Shown here: piece after piece, positions 24,622 through 37,117 of the stretch
Numbering within the stretch: the first letter of the stretch is position 1
How the letters are laid out: every line of letters starts with the position of its first letter
Assembly: GCA_020891255.1 (NCBI GenBank)
Contig: BQFW01000007.1
Location: 248,001-312,000, forward strand
Origin: Entomortierella parvispora E1425
Lineage: Eukaryota; Fungi; Mortierellomycota
DNA length: 64,000 nucleotides
Direction of reading: 5' to 3'
Translations under genes and position numbers: made by a program
The notes under the pieces: model-generated
The model's input: only the letters and a program-made list of their open reading frames with translations
The model's database searches: none
Told to the model about the DNA's origin: nothing

Positions 24622-25478
24622 AGAAAAAAAAGAATATACAAAAAATACTAGAGTTCCCGCCTTCTTACCTCCAATTTTTTTTTTTTTTTTTTTTTTTTTT
24701 TGGCTGCTGCTGCTGATGTTGTGTGATGCCATTGCAGTGCCGATTGATGTGTGCAGCTGTGCGCGGTTCAAATCTCAGCTCTTTGTGCGAGAGATATTTT
24801 TTCCTTCTTTTTTTTCGATTCCATTGGTTTATCGGAAGGAGGCTTACTTCCAGATACCATGCATCCCATGGGCGAGGGGAAGAAAAAGAAGGCGTAGAGT
24901 CTGTGGTGTATGTTTATTCGGGAAAATAGAAGAGGGTTTAGAGAAAGAATCGTTTTATAAAGAAAAAAAAAAAGAAGGGGAGGAAAAAGAAAAGAAAAGA
25001 AAAGGAAGGAAAAAAAAAAAGAGCGAAGCACTTACCCTATTTTCTTTTGAGAGGAATTAATTAAAAGTAGACAGCGGAAAGAAGAGGGAGGAGGAAGAGG
25101 AGAAAGAGGGACGGATGGATGGACGCAGACAAAGTATGAATATTGGAGAAAATGGGGGGAAAACAAAGACAGACTTTGACTTGCTGAATGTCTGAACTTG
25201 GACAGACTTAGACCTTTGATAGAAATAGTGCAATAATTGAACAAGATAGATTTTAAAGAAAGAAAAAAAACAATAGAAAAAAGTGATTATGATGAAAGTA
25301 AACATTTTGATGTTTGGACCTCTTCCCCTTTCTTTCCCTTGTCGGTCCATACGCAGACAACGATCTGCCTTTTGGCTCCTCCTCCTCCTTCTGTGGCCTC
25401 GTCGTCCTCCCTACAGCTCTTGTTCTTCCTCTTTTATTCTTTCCTCCGGGTTTCCTTCTCGAGCGAAATGGATTTTTT

Positions 25479-28400
25479 TTAGGTAGAGTATCCATTCCAC
25501 TGCGGGTATGAACCGACAGGGACGGTCCCTGTCACCGAGGCATCTGTGACGACCGTGGTCATACTAGGGCCGCCTCCTCCGCTTGCAATCCCTGTTGGGT
25601 ATGGACCAGTTGGGTAGCCAGTGGAATATCCGGTTGGGTATGGAGTGGTCGGGGATGAAAAGGACGAGCTATCGTACTCGTAATTGGACGATGGCGAGGA
25701 CAAGGATGAGCCCGGGTGATGATGCGCTTGTTGCATGTGAGCTCCATTATGTTGAGGGTGTTGCTGCTGTGGGTACTGTTGCGAATGTGGATGCTGTTGG
25801 TAATGCTGGTGTGGGTGAGGGGGCCCTCCTTGGGCCTGATCCGTCCATGCTTGGTAGGTTGGGTATGGAAAGTACGACTGTGCTCCACCGTTCACGCCTC
25901 CATTCACCATTCCTGGGCTGTATTCGCCTTCACTGTTGGCGGGCTGTCCCATAAGGGTGCCTGCGTTGACGATGCCCTCGCCTGTTCCTCCCTGTCCATC
26001 GGCAGCAGCGTTTGGTGACATGGGTGAGAGGGGCGTCAAGGGTGAAAGGGGTCCACCAGCCATTCGATTCTCCCGTGCAGCGGCTCCAGCAGCCCCAAAG
26101 AGACCAGTCAGAGAGGACGAGCCAACGTCAATACTCATCCCACCAACGCCAGCGCTGATGCTGTGAGTTCGACTGTGTGGCGTGGATGCAGCTGAGGAGT
26201 AAGGATGGTGGTGATGGTGGCTACTGTGGTGGTATGGGTGGCTTCCATGTTGGCTCACATTCGAGAGGCGACGTTCCCCTGGAGACACGCCTGTGGGACT
26301 TCCAACAGTGCTACCACCCTCGAGTCCAGAGACGGAGCTAATGCTGAGGGACCGTTCGGGAAGATCGACATAATGACCAGGGCTCCTGCCTCGTACCACA
26401 AGAGAATCCGACTGAGACGATGCTACACAATAGACAGTACCTTCCTCCGTATGGGCGTACAAGTCCACGAATAGAATGTAAAATTGCTGAGCTGCCTGCC
26501 GTTTGCCGTTGTTGGCGGTCGCCGTCTTGAACTGAACCCGCTCGTAGGTCACAACGGACTGGGGTGCGGACATTGAAGGCGATGTGGGAGAGCCGGAAGA
26601 ATTGGAGGGCGAGGGCGTCGAAGACAAGGCTGTCAGGGCGCCGCCTCCTTTGATGTTGCGAAGACCTGGAACGATCTGAGGCCCCTTGTCACGCTTGGGG
26701 GTATGTTGGATGAGGTCAATCTTTTTCTCACTGCTGGCAATTCGGGAAGCAATGCAGACCGAGAAATGAGTGACAACAGACAGGCCGCCAGTGCTCACTC
26801 CGCGCTTGTAGCCATGAATGTCGGTTTCGGGAGCATCTGTATCCCGAGCAAGGATCTCTGTCGTGTCCAGGAGGCAGGGCACCTCTGATTCCCTTGCGTG
26901 GTCAAAGCCGAGAATGCTGAACGCAGTGCTGACCTGGAAATAGTTGCGACGGTAACATGTCCAGATCTTGTTGGCCGTAAAGAATCCACGATCAATTCTA
27001 GCCATCACGCGGAACTTGAATCTTTAAAAAAATAAAGAGTATGTCGGGTTAAACAGTGCAACCCACCAAATTACGCTATTGCCTGCTGTGCGCGCTCCCC
27101 CCAGAACAAATGGCTCATGGTTACTTACGACTGTTGCTGGTTCATGCTGTAGACATTATGAAACTGTCTGGTATTGGCAAAATAGGGGCCGTCTTCGACT
27201 GTTGCTAGTGAACCTGCTCTACGAGAGCGCGCGACTGGATGTGGAAGAGTTGTTCCTGCAATAGAGTTGCGATGATGTATGATAGGTCCTTCTGTCGCGG
27301 GACTACTAACATAAGACACGTTTGAAAGAACGAAAAAAGAAGGAACCAACTCTTTAATCTCTTTTCAAACCGGGTGACCAAAGCCAGCGATGGACTAGCA
27401 ACAACTCTCAACCATCAAAAAAAAAAAAAAAAAGGTCAAGACTTACGTGCACGATTGCATGAAGGCTCCAGAAGACGAGAACGATGAGGCCCCATAGTCG
27501 CCCCTGCTGTGTCCTTGTGGGTAAGATGGCAGACTGTATCGGTAGTGGCCACCGCCGTTTTGCTCAGGGCTGCTTCGGCAGAATAAGGATAGGAGAAAGG
27601 AGAAGGGAGCTGGTTGGTTAATCGTTTTCACCCCTCTTTGGCTCAATTATGTCAACATGAATGTGGCACAAAGAAAGAAAAAAGAAGAGAGGGGGAAGCC
27701 ATTGTGAATGATCCACTACAGCAATTCTCAAAACAGACGATGGGAGAATAAACGTACGAAGGAAATTCGGAGAGAGGATGTTGATTCTCCTGGATCTGTC
27801 CCAGTTCGGAGCTGTAGTGGGAGGCGACATGGTACCCTGGGCTATAGTGGGGTACCAGAGAGTCGCTCTCCGGTCCTCGGGCCTCGTCCCGCTCCGAGTT
27901 CGTCGGTAGAAAGAGTCTAGAAGCCCGGACGGAGTGCATATGACAGGCATTTCGGTTAGTAGGCGTAAAGAGAGCACGTAAGGTTCACTCTGGAGAGCAA
28001 AAGGGCCTCCCGCAATCCGGTACAGCTCAACCACAGCCGCCCAGTCAGCCAGTCAGTCCTGTCCTCCCACGGTTTATGTGTCAGTGCAGTCCTCAGCCTG
28101 TTTGTCAGTCAGTCAGTCAATGGATCAATGTGCCTGCCCTGGTCCGACCTGGTCTTGCCAGTGCGGCTCTTCAAGTCAGCGAGCACGGGACAGCCGAACG
28201 GCAGACGAGAGGACGTCGCAACACAGAACATCCAAAAATACAAAGCGGGGAAGCACTGGCCATCTGTGATAATTCGATGAAGCGCGTTGTCCGCTTTGCG
28301 ACCGCCAGTCCTGACCAACCGACCAGGGCTTTGGTCCCGAGAAAAAAGAAGCGCAAACAACACACAACACAGCCAGTAAAGTAAAGCACAGCGCATCGAT

Positions 28401-29410
28401 ACACACACACCCACGCATCTTGGCTGCCATTGTCCATCTGCAATCGATAGGGCAGCCGCCGTTTCCTTTCCTTATCCTTTTTTTTTTTTTTTTGTTTTTG
28501 CCCATGGTCAGAAAACAAACAGGGGTTGAAAAAAGGGAAGAATGGGAGTCCACCCTGTCCTGGCTCTTCCCGTCCTTCTCTGCTTGGCTCTTTGCTTAGC
28601 TTGACTTGCTCTTGCAGCATTGAGCAACCACTATGCAGCAGAAACATACAAGCACGCATCCACATACACTCCCGCACCTCTCCCCCTCCTCTCCCGACAT
28701 ACAGACATCCCTGCTCCGACATCTGCAACCCCCAAAAACTCCTCTCTCCCTCTCTCTTTTGCTCTCTTTCTGGTCTTCCCCCTTTGCGGGGTCTGCAGCT
28801 CGCTACTCTCTTTTTTTTTCTTCCTCCGCTCTTGCAGAGTGCCCACATGCCCACCGCCGTCTTTCTGAGCAACTTACGAAGGCGCGAGGACGTTCAGTCC
28901 GGGATAATACGTGGGCTGCGAAGACCGACCGTCCGTCGTCTGCAGAAAATGGTTCGGATGGAGTGGATGCACCTGGTTCAGCGGATGTACCGGACTCATC
29001 AGTGGGTATGGCTGCTGCTGTTGTGGCTGCTGTTGTTGTTGCTGTTGGAATGAATGGTCATGTCCTTGGTCATGACCATAGTAAGCGTAATGACCCTGAT
29101 CCCCGTACTCTTGCTGGTGATGTTGTTGTTGTGGCTGCTGTTGTTGCTGCTCATTCAGCTCGTCCTGAGCATGGTTCTCGGCAGGGTGACCGGGGTAGAG
29201 CGACCCTTTCCGTGTCTGTGCAGTGGTCCCCACGCGTTCGTCCGTGAACTGACCATGGCCGGTCTCGGTCGGGGAAGTCGCGCCGCCTGTGGATTCGCCC
29301 TGGGCTGTTTTTGCAGGTCCTCCGGTCGAGCTGCTGGGGGTGGTGCGTTCCGTGGGCGGCGAGGCGGACGCAGAAGAAGTGCTGCCGGTGGAGGCGGATT
29401 CAATGGCCAT
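25479..29410 (-). CDS. NDT80/PhoG-like DNA-binding-domain transcription factor, 4 exons
   Basis: ARIDRGFF...WTCYRRNYFQV, IDLIQHTPKRDKGP, ERVQFKTATANNGKRQAAQQFY, VVRGRSPGHY. Exons about 28878-29410, 27447-27569, about 27128-27316 and 25479-about 27022; all junctions in phase. Q/H/P-rich flanks. Confidence 0.9.
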
Positions 29411-29967
29411 CTCGCGACGCGTCGTTTTTTTCTTTCGTTTGTCCAATGCGGTGTCCGTTGGAGGAGACTGCAATGGCGAGGGGAGAGAAGAGAGAGAAAA
29501 AGAGAAAAGGGAATAAAACAAACAAACAAGGCAACCACCAGAGGGGGGGATTGCAAAGGGAAGCAGGGAAAGAGAGAAAGAGAAGGCTGACAGGCAGACA
29601 GAGAGAGGGAGAGAGAAGGAAAGAGAAAGGGACGAAAAGTAGGGTAATAAACAATGGGTGGACAATGGGTAATATGTATCGTATGGACAATATGTATGGA
29701 AAATAAAAAAAAGGGGGTGAACGAGTGTCTACGCTTCAGGAAACCACAAACGCGGATGGACTGCTCTGCTTTGCTTCTCTGCTAGCTCTCAAGGGACGGA
29801 TGGGCCTGAGAGACGCGTGCAATGAGGAGAGAGATGCACTGACCAAGGTCAAAGGAAGGAAGGAAGGAAGGAAGAAAGAGAACAAAGCCGAGACGACAGA
29901 GTGGACAATCTCGTTAGGAAGGGGGCGTGAAAGAGGTGCGATTGAAGAAAGGGGATGGATGCGCGCC

Positions 29968-30000
<33 letters not shown>

Positions 30001-32339
30001 AGGAAGAAAGGAAGGAAGGAAGAGGAAGAGATAAAAAAAAAAATAGGGACGGGAGACAGGGGTGGGGAAGAAGAGGAAGAGGAAGAAGAAGAAAAGAAGA
30101 AAAGAGAAGAAAAGAATGGGTCCGTCCTTCCTTCCTCCCTTTGCATCCCTCCATTCTCCATCGTCCATGGGTGAACTAGCAGGTCTGCATCTGTGAAAGA
30201 GGGCAGAGGTTTCGTCTCGCTCTGTGCGCTCGGCCGTGCAGAGGTGCGGTCAGAGCAAGAGAGAACAAGAGCAGGCGACAAGGGGGACCACAGGGGACCA
30301 TGGGCGCACCGATGGGATTTCCATCCTGTCTAACCGGACAAAACGGACGGACGGACGCACACAGCTAGCATCAAATTGTAGAGATCTTCACCCACCCTAT
30401 CTATTTCTTTGTTGGCCATCGGCATCGGCTTGTCTTTTTTTCTTTATTTGATTGCTCGCTCGGCAGCCCACCCTGGAGCGCTCGAGGGTGGCGACTGGCG
30501 GAAAGTGGACCCATGGAGCAAAACAACAATGAGCAATTGAACCCTCACTGTTAGGTAGAAAAGATTGTTTCCCGTCCTCTCCCTTTCCCCTAATTGTTGT
30601 TACATGGGTGTGCTTCCTCTCTCTTCTTGCTCCCCTCTCACTGGAGGAGTGCGAATGCGCGTGTGAATGGACAGGCGCGCAGAGGGCACATAGAGTTGCT
30701 GCTCAACCAGGACAAAAACAACCCTTCCATTAAAGTGCTCTCAAGCATTGCTTCTTTGGTCGTCCTGCTTTCCGCCCGCCTCTCTCTCGTCATGCCAGGC
30801 TTGTCTGTCCGCCCGTTCCTTCCACTCTCGCGCTCTCTTATCCTGTCTCTGCCCGTCCGTCTATCTGTTCGTCTGTCGTCCGTCCGTCCGTCCGTCCGTC
30901 CATCCTGAAGGCTCTTTTTTTTTTTTTTTTTTTTTTTGTTTTCCACTTGTTTGTTCGACCGACTTGTTAGTCTCTGCACGCTCGCATATTTGCCGGTTTG
31001 CCCTCGGTGGGAGATAATTGATTAGAATCGCCTTGTCCAATAACCATCGGGGCCTACCCATCGTATCCATCAAAAGTATCACTCAAGTTTGGGAAGCCCT
31101 CTGTTCAAAAATGCTCTCACTTTTCGGTGCCCTTTCCTCTCCCCATCCTCCCCCTGTTATTTGTTCAAGAAGCAATAAAAGAAACAACTTGAAGGGAAAA
31201 ACCGATAGGCGACAAAACGACCTAGAGAGCAATTGAGTAAAAGTGGGTGGTCAAAGTGGTCAGAGAGTGGTCGAGGTTATCTTATAGCTAAAGTGTAAAA
31301 AAGAATACTGGAGCCAGTCAATGCTAACCCATGACGACACTGGACGCACCACAGTGGCTACGAAAATCGAGTCTGTAACAAAAAAAAAAAAAACTCTCTC
31401 ACACGCACACACACACAAACGTGCATTCACCCAACCAGATTATTCTTATGCACATCTCACACAGAATTCAAAATGCACTGCACTGCAATGCTCTGTGCTG
31501 CCTGACCCACCTGCTGAACGAGTACAGAGTTGGTTGCAGAAACTCAGGTAAGCAAGACGTCAAGAGAAAGGGCGCGCGCCCATTTCAAAACCACCACCAC
31601 CACCCGTGTTTCCCCAAATAAGATCCCTGATTGTTCATCTTGTTTGAAAAGCACAAGCGTGGGACAGGGAAACTTGTTGCCCCAAAGGGCGTGCGAGTAG
31701 GGAACGCCACCAACCCGAGAAAGTTAGTGCAGAGTGGAATTACAAGTCAGCTGTGCCTCTGGTTCTGCCCACCTGTTTTGGAAGAGAATTGGACGTCGTG
31801 CATATATTATTGTGCAATCGGCCTTACTCAGACTCTCAAAGAGTTATTTTTTCTCTACGCCAATGTCGAGGAAACACCCACCCCTGTCGTTGGACCCATA
31901 CCTGTGGACTAGATATTGCTCTAGACAGATATCCTAGATAGGAGTCAAAGTACGCGTGCACTCTGAGCTCTTTGATGGTTCATCGCAAACTACCTTGTCC
32001 TTGACCTGGTAACCGCCGGTCGTCCTTTGAAGTCTTGGACCAACGATTTCGTCCGCAAGGCAGTATCACTAGGGTAGACCTCGGAGCAAAACCAGCGACA
32101 GATCCACAAAAAACCAGGTTCTTTAACCAACCCCCCAGTCATCCACACCGGGGAAAGCGCGAGTGAGAGGAAGAATAAAAGAAAACGAGGAGAGAAAAAA
32201 GAAGAAAAAAAAAGTCCCTTGGACAGCAACGCGGGGTCGGTGCACAGCCACACGTGGTCTCAATTGCTGGCTACAGTATCTGTCTCAGGCACATGCATGC
32301 ATCTCTTCATTCAGCTCTTTCATTCATTCCATTCGGCCC

Positions 32340-33845
32340 ATGTCGTTCACCCCACCAGACCCAACCGTCTTTTACCCGATCCCGCCTGGCCAGCTCCCAC
32401 CAGGTTTCGTGCCTCCAGCACCTGGGATTGCCGTGCGCGGCATTCCCATCGTCGTCCCCGTCGGCCTCGAGATGCTCATCTCGCCCGAGGGCTTTCCCGT
32501 CTTTGTACCTGACCGGTCGCTCGGGAATGCCACGGCCCATTCCTCACCTTCAACTCCCAAGCATGCCAATGTCAACACAACCACGCCCACGCCCACACCA
32601 CCTTCAAGACACAACACAATCTCTTCACAACACTCTAGTCACCACTTGCAAACTCAGCAACAACAGTTTACTCCACCTCCTCCAGTTCCAAGCATGCCCA
32701 TGCCTGTACCGCACCACGTCCCGCCCCATCAACAGCAACAACATGTATCGATGCCTATGCCCATGCCTATGCCACACCAACCCGGTTTCAACGTGCCACC
32801 ACCACCACCGCCCAGCGCAGCCACAGCGGCCCCACCCGGCGTTGGCCTGACCTTTGCCAGCATTGTCGCGTCGTTCAGGACATCGTCCGAAAGTGTCTCT
32901 GCCTGGACTTTTTACTCTCTTGGACTCAATACCTTCCCTGGCCAAAAGGAAATTGCCATCACATTAAGACAGCGCCCCGGTCAATATACCCTCGAGACTA
33001 TGCAACCCATCATGTATCAACTCTACCAACAAATGAATCAACAGATCCTCTCCAACCGAAGACCGCTGTTGGCAGGCGACATTTTCCCTTGTCGGTTACA
33101 GACCCCGGATATGGGCCCCAAGGACATGGCGATCCTGTTGATCCATGGACCCCCCGAGGTGAAATCCTCGTTGCCGGAACAGAACCGGGATGTGCTTTAT
33201 GGCTTGATGGCGACGTTAGACGAAATGGCCGTATTTGCAAAGTATGGCGCGGCGAGATGTTTGACCAACATGGGATCGGAACTCGAGACGTGGCCAGTGC
33301 CCCTTTGGTCCGATTGGTCCCGTCCTTCGTTGGTCAAGCTGGATCATTTTAGAGGCTCGTTGACAGAAAGAGTGTCGGTCCTGCCCACACGGAATATTGT
33401 CGCGACCTTGGACACGGTGTCCCATCGATTGACGTTGGTGATCTCGGGATCGGCTCTGGAATTGATCCAGGCCGACCTTCAACGGTTCCCGCCCAATTCG
33501 CCTCATCATCATTTCATCTCGGATGTGGTGCGGGTGACGTTCTTGTTGGATCTGGACGCAGGTGCTCAGGCGTACTTGACTTGGCGCACTGGACAGGATG
33601 CTCCCGCTATCTTTAACGCACGACCCAACCCGACAAGTTATCATGGATGCTGGGTTTCGTTGACTGGTATTGGACAGGAAGAAGAACAATCGCAGGTGCA
33701 CAAGGAGGGAATCTCTTCAAGAGAAGATGGCATCGAGTTGAAGATGAGAAGCTCTACATGGGAACGACTCTACCAGGCTTTGATGTCCAAAACACCTGCG
33801 ACTGTCCCTGTAGGGTCCGAGACTGTTCAAATAAGTTATGCATAG
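32340..33845 (+). CDS. Intronless Pro-rich protein with a SARA/endofin C-terminal (DUF3480/SARA_C)-like domain, no FYVE finger
   Basis: WTFYSLGLNTFPGQKEI, LYGLMATLDE...FAKYGAARCLTNMG...WPVPLWSDWSRPSL and ISSREDGIELKMRSSTWERLYQAL parallel ZFYVE9/16 motifs as I recall them (WCFTTKGM..GQSEI; LFGILIQKWE..WAKVFPIRLMLRLG..YPCPLFS.RFR..L; SSIVEDGVMVQIT...LRQAL). Confidence 0.7.
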   Translation: MSFTPPDPTVFYPIPPGQLPPGFVPPAPGIAVRGIPIVVPVGLEMLISPEGFPVFVPDRSLGNATAHSSPSTPKHANVNTTTPTPTPPSRHNTISSQHSSHHLQTQQQQFTPPPPVPSMPMPVPHHVPPHQQQQHVSMPMPMPMPHQPGFNVPPPPPPSAATAAPPGVGLTFASIVASFRTSSESVSAWTFYSLGLNTFPGQKEIAITLRQRPGQYTLETMQPIMYQLYQQMNQQILSNRRPLLAGDIFPCRLQTPDMGPKDMAILLIHGPPEVKSSLPEQNRDVLYGLMATLDEMAVFAKYGAARCLTNMGSELETWPVPLWSDWSRPSLVKLDHFRGSLTERVSVLPTRNIVATLDTVSHRLTLVISGSALELIQADLQRFPPNSPHHHFISDVVRVTFLLDLDAGAQAYLTWRTGQDAPAIFNARPNPTSYHGCWVSLTGIGQEEEQSQVHKEGISSREDGIELKMRSSTWERLYQALMSKTPATVPVGSETVQISYA

Positions 33846-34024
33846 CAACTTGCTGCCAAACAATATCAATTAATATTTACAAGATGATAGTGCCTTGGTA
33901 TTTTGGTATGTTTGTTTTGCTTTTATGAAAAAGAAAGAGGTTCAAAAAGGCTCAGGACCGTATGTATATCGTGCAAAATCCCCCCGGGGCGGGGGATGTA
34001 AGGTAAGGATCGGTGGCCTTGTTC

Positions 34025-35341
34025 TCACTTGTTCTTTTCTTCATTGGCCTCGTCCACTTCGGTTGCGTCCTGATCATGAATCGCCTGTAGAACGGTGACC
34101 TTGCTAGACTCTTGCATTTCTCCTGCGATCAACAGTTCGTCCAGAATAAAATACGCCCTTTGAAAGTTGAAAATCAAATCCAGTTCACACACCTAAGAGA
34201 CAATGAACAAGTCAAATTGAAAGGGGGCGACCATAGGTCCGTTAGAAAATAATTCCCAACGGTTGCAGGTGACAAGCGATACAAACACGGGATAATGATA
34301 TTCAAAAAAGTCTTACGTTTCCGAAATACCGATCCAGCACTTCCACGTAACGATGAATGATTTCTAGCGTCAAAAGTTCATTGTCCTGTGTGCCGACGCC
34401 TGTGATAAAGTAAAGACTTGCGTATCTATAACATTGATTTCCGAATTTAAAAAGACGGTGAGTTACTCATATCGAAAACACTATGAATTCTCTTGTTTCT
34501 TTGAATAGGGTGTCCATCCTTTACCTTCTGTAGATGACCTTTGTGTCTAGAGATTGTGAGATTGTTCAGAGAGATAAACACGATGCCGTCAATACAAATG
34601 GCCCGTTATACCTTCTCCAAATGCCGTCTCCTCCCTTCGTCTGCGTTACCTTTATATTCCAAAAAGTTGCACATTTTCGTCCGCCGTGCCAGCACCAATT
34701 GCGTAACATCCTTGATGATCTTTGTTTTTTCCTTGGGACTCATGGTCGTGAACCATTTCGCCAACCGGGTCTTGCCCTGTCGACTGACCAGCAAGACGTA
34801 ATTGATCTAGAAGAAAGAAAAAGAAAAAGAAAAAAGATGGATGTTGGTGATTTTCTCCTCTATTTGTTTTTTCCTTTCCTTCTTCCTTTCCTGCTGGCTC
34901 CTTCCTGTCCATCACATAATCCTGATACGTTGATAATAATTTCAGAAACAGCACGCGCCGTGCTTGCTGCAAGCAGACTGCACTCCATGAACGCATGTGT
35001 CTCTTTTCCATCATGCCTGTCGCTTGGGAAAAGTTCCCGGGAAGTTCTTTTGTTCATGCAGATGTTGACTAGAGGCCCATCTGTGCCTGAAGCTGCTCGC
35101 ATGGGCAAGGAACAGAAAAGGGTCATCCAGGGGTTCATTTCCTCGGCTTTGTCATCCACTGACAAGGGTTTCATGATGTCGAGATGAATCCCTCTCCATG
35201 GTCGTGCAAATTTAGATGAGTCAAGCGTTCATCCGGCAAGTCTTTGATACACTCGGGCAAGCTTGTTCTTCCTTGTGATGGTAGTCGTTGGCCTGTGAAG
35301 AAAAGGAAAAAAAAGGGAACGTGCTCGGTCCTTACAGTCAT
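34025..35341 (-). CDS. APS1: AP-1 adaptor complex sigma subunit, 5 exons
   Basis: MT (35336-35341) / [19 protein letters not shown]...MCNFLEYK / DTKVIYRR / YASLYF...[23 protein letters not shown] / [31 protein letters not shown]...*. Confidence 0.93.
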
Positions 35342-35770
35342 TGTGTATTAGAGAGAGCAGGAGCGATGGCCGTGAGTATGCGCAGAGAGAGGAGGATTTC
35401 GCCGTTGTGTTTCCCGAGGTGGAGGCAATCGAGGGTCGAGATGGAGCGGTGGGTGCCGAGCCAATGAGCGATAAAAAGAGAAGAGAAGAGAGAGAGGAGA
35501 AGAGAGAGAGAGAAGAGAGACGGCAGGAGGAGAGCAAGGAAAGGGCGGGAGTGAACATCCTTCCTGCCTTCACATCCACGCGCATCGCACCGAACAGAGA
35601 ACAGAGAAACAGCCCCGCCCGGTCTGTCCCCGTGACGTGGCTTTCTTGGGAGGAAGGAAAAGTGAACAAACGCGAGGCAAACGCGTTTGTTCACTTTTCC
35701 TTCTTCTCCTTCTTCTTCTTTCTTCTCATTCATTCAACTCGCCCCTTCTCTCTTCTAGACCTCACTCGGC

Positions 35771-36911
35771 ATGCGTCTGCGACACTTTTGCATCGGATCC
35801 ACTAGGACTCAGGACTTGCTCATCTCAAAGACATGTACGCAGTGGAATGAATGGCCCTGGGAAAGGGGAAATGTGGATGAATGAATGAACCCAGAAAATA
35901 GAACTAACTCTCCCATTCTCCAACGTGTTCCTCTTCTTTTTTTTAGTCCTTCCACTCAGTGCACCCGAGGATCAACGGGATATTCAAAAAGTATGGGCGA
36001 CTTTTCTAGACCTCTTCCAAGTAGAGCACAAATGGACACCCCTGCCGTCATCTTCCGCTCTTCAACAACCACAACAACCATCATTACGGACACAAACTAG
36101 GAGCGCCGCCTATTCCAAACCGTCTCCACCCTCACATCGGTCAAGTCAAACCGCTGCAGGAATGATGACAACAGGACAGACCGAGGGAGCCTCTTTAGCT
36201 GCATCTTCATCTAACATCACCGCCACATCAGCAAAGGGGACAACAGCCTCCACGGTCATACATCTGCCCTTGTTTTCTGCCGACACTTGCTTCATCTACA
36301 GGACCGTGAACGATATTGTCCTCGTCGCATGTTGTCCTCTTCCTCCCGATCCATCCAAGGACTCGATGAGTATCACCAGGATCCCTACCTCATTACCGCA
36401 GGCACCGCCCTCCTCATCTACATCCAACCTTCAGCAGGATCCTACCAGACCTGATCTCGCCTTTTCAACGGCTGCTGGTCTCCATACCTCCCTTCACGGC
36501 ATGATTGAGTTTTTGATGCAGCTGATCAAGGCTCTGGAGCGGTTCTTGAAACCTGCCTCCAGTCAGAGCAGTGGCAGTGGTGCCCACGCCGGTGCTTCCA
36601 ATACTAGGCGGGCTTCTGGATTGTCACCGACTTTGACCACCCCTTCTGCAGGTCAACTGTCTAGTGAAGTTTCCATAGGAGCAGTCAGTGTTTTGTCTTC
36701 AGAAAGTATACAACGGAACAGCGGAATAGTCTACGAGGTTCTGGATGAATGCATGGTACGTGGCAACAAAGCGACTCGTTGGAATTTGGAAGAAACATCA
36801 ATATGAAAATGTTGTCTCAATATTATTTTCTTTTTATGATAGGCCATGGGCTTTCCGATGATGCCCAGTCTGGCTCAGCTAGATCTCCTTGTATTTGGCG
36901 TAGCGAAATAA
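35771..36911 (+). CDS. Stand-alone adaptin mu-type longin-domain protein lacking the C-terminal mu-homology domain, 3 exons
   Basis: Exons 35771-35834, 35947-36755 and 36843-36911, all in phase: MRLRHFCIGSTRTQDLLISKTF...FIYRTVNDIVLVACC...MIEFLMQLIKALERFL...SSESIQRNSGIVYEVLDECMAMGFPMMPSLAQLDLLVFGVAK*. Confidence 0.75.
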
Positions 36912-37117
36912 AACGATTCATATCATGGCAACGGAGATGTTTTCTTTGATTCCAAGATTGAAACAGACATCAGAGTCTCCATGAACTGAACGGAAGTGAT
37001 GTTTAGATTGACATTTATTACGGCAAGGACCTCCCTGAGGAGAGGGTATATAGGGACTGTCGCTAGACGAAAAGCGTTGTGCACGGTATTCCCGCCAAAA
37101 CAAAGGCATGGGTGACT

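Noticed and set aside
28000-31100. Many K/R/E- or F/L/S-rich ORFs of 60-260 aa outside the NDT80 first exon
   Set aside because: Products of GA/CT microsatellites and poly-A/T runs in intron or promoter DNA.
35293-35335. Alternative nearby acceptor (CACAG) after the AP-1 sigma first donor, giving a short poison ORF
   Set aside because: The intron would be only 43 nt with no clear branch point; unsupported without RNA data.
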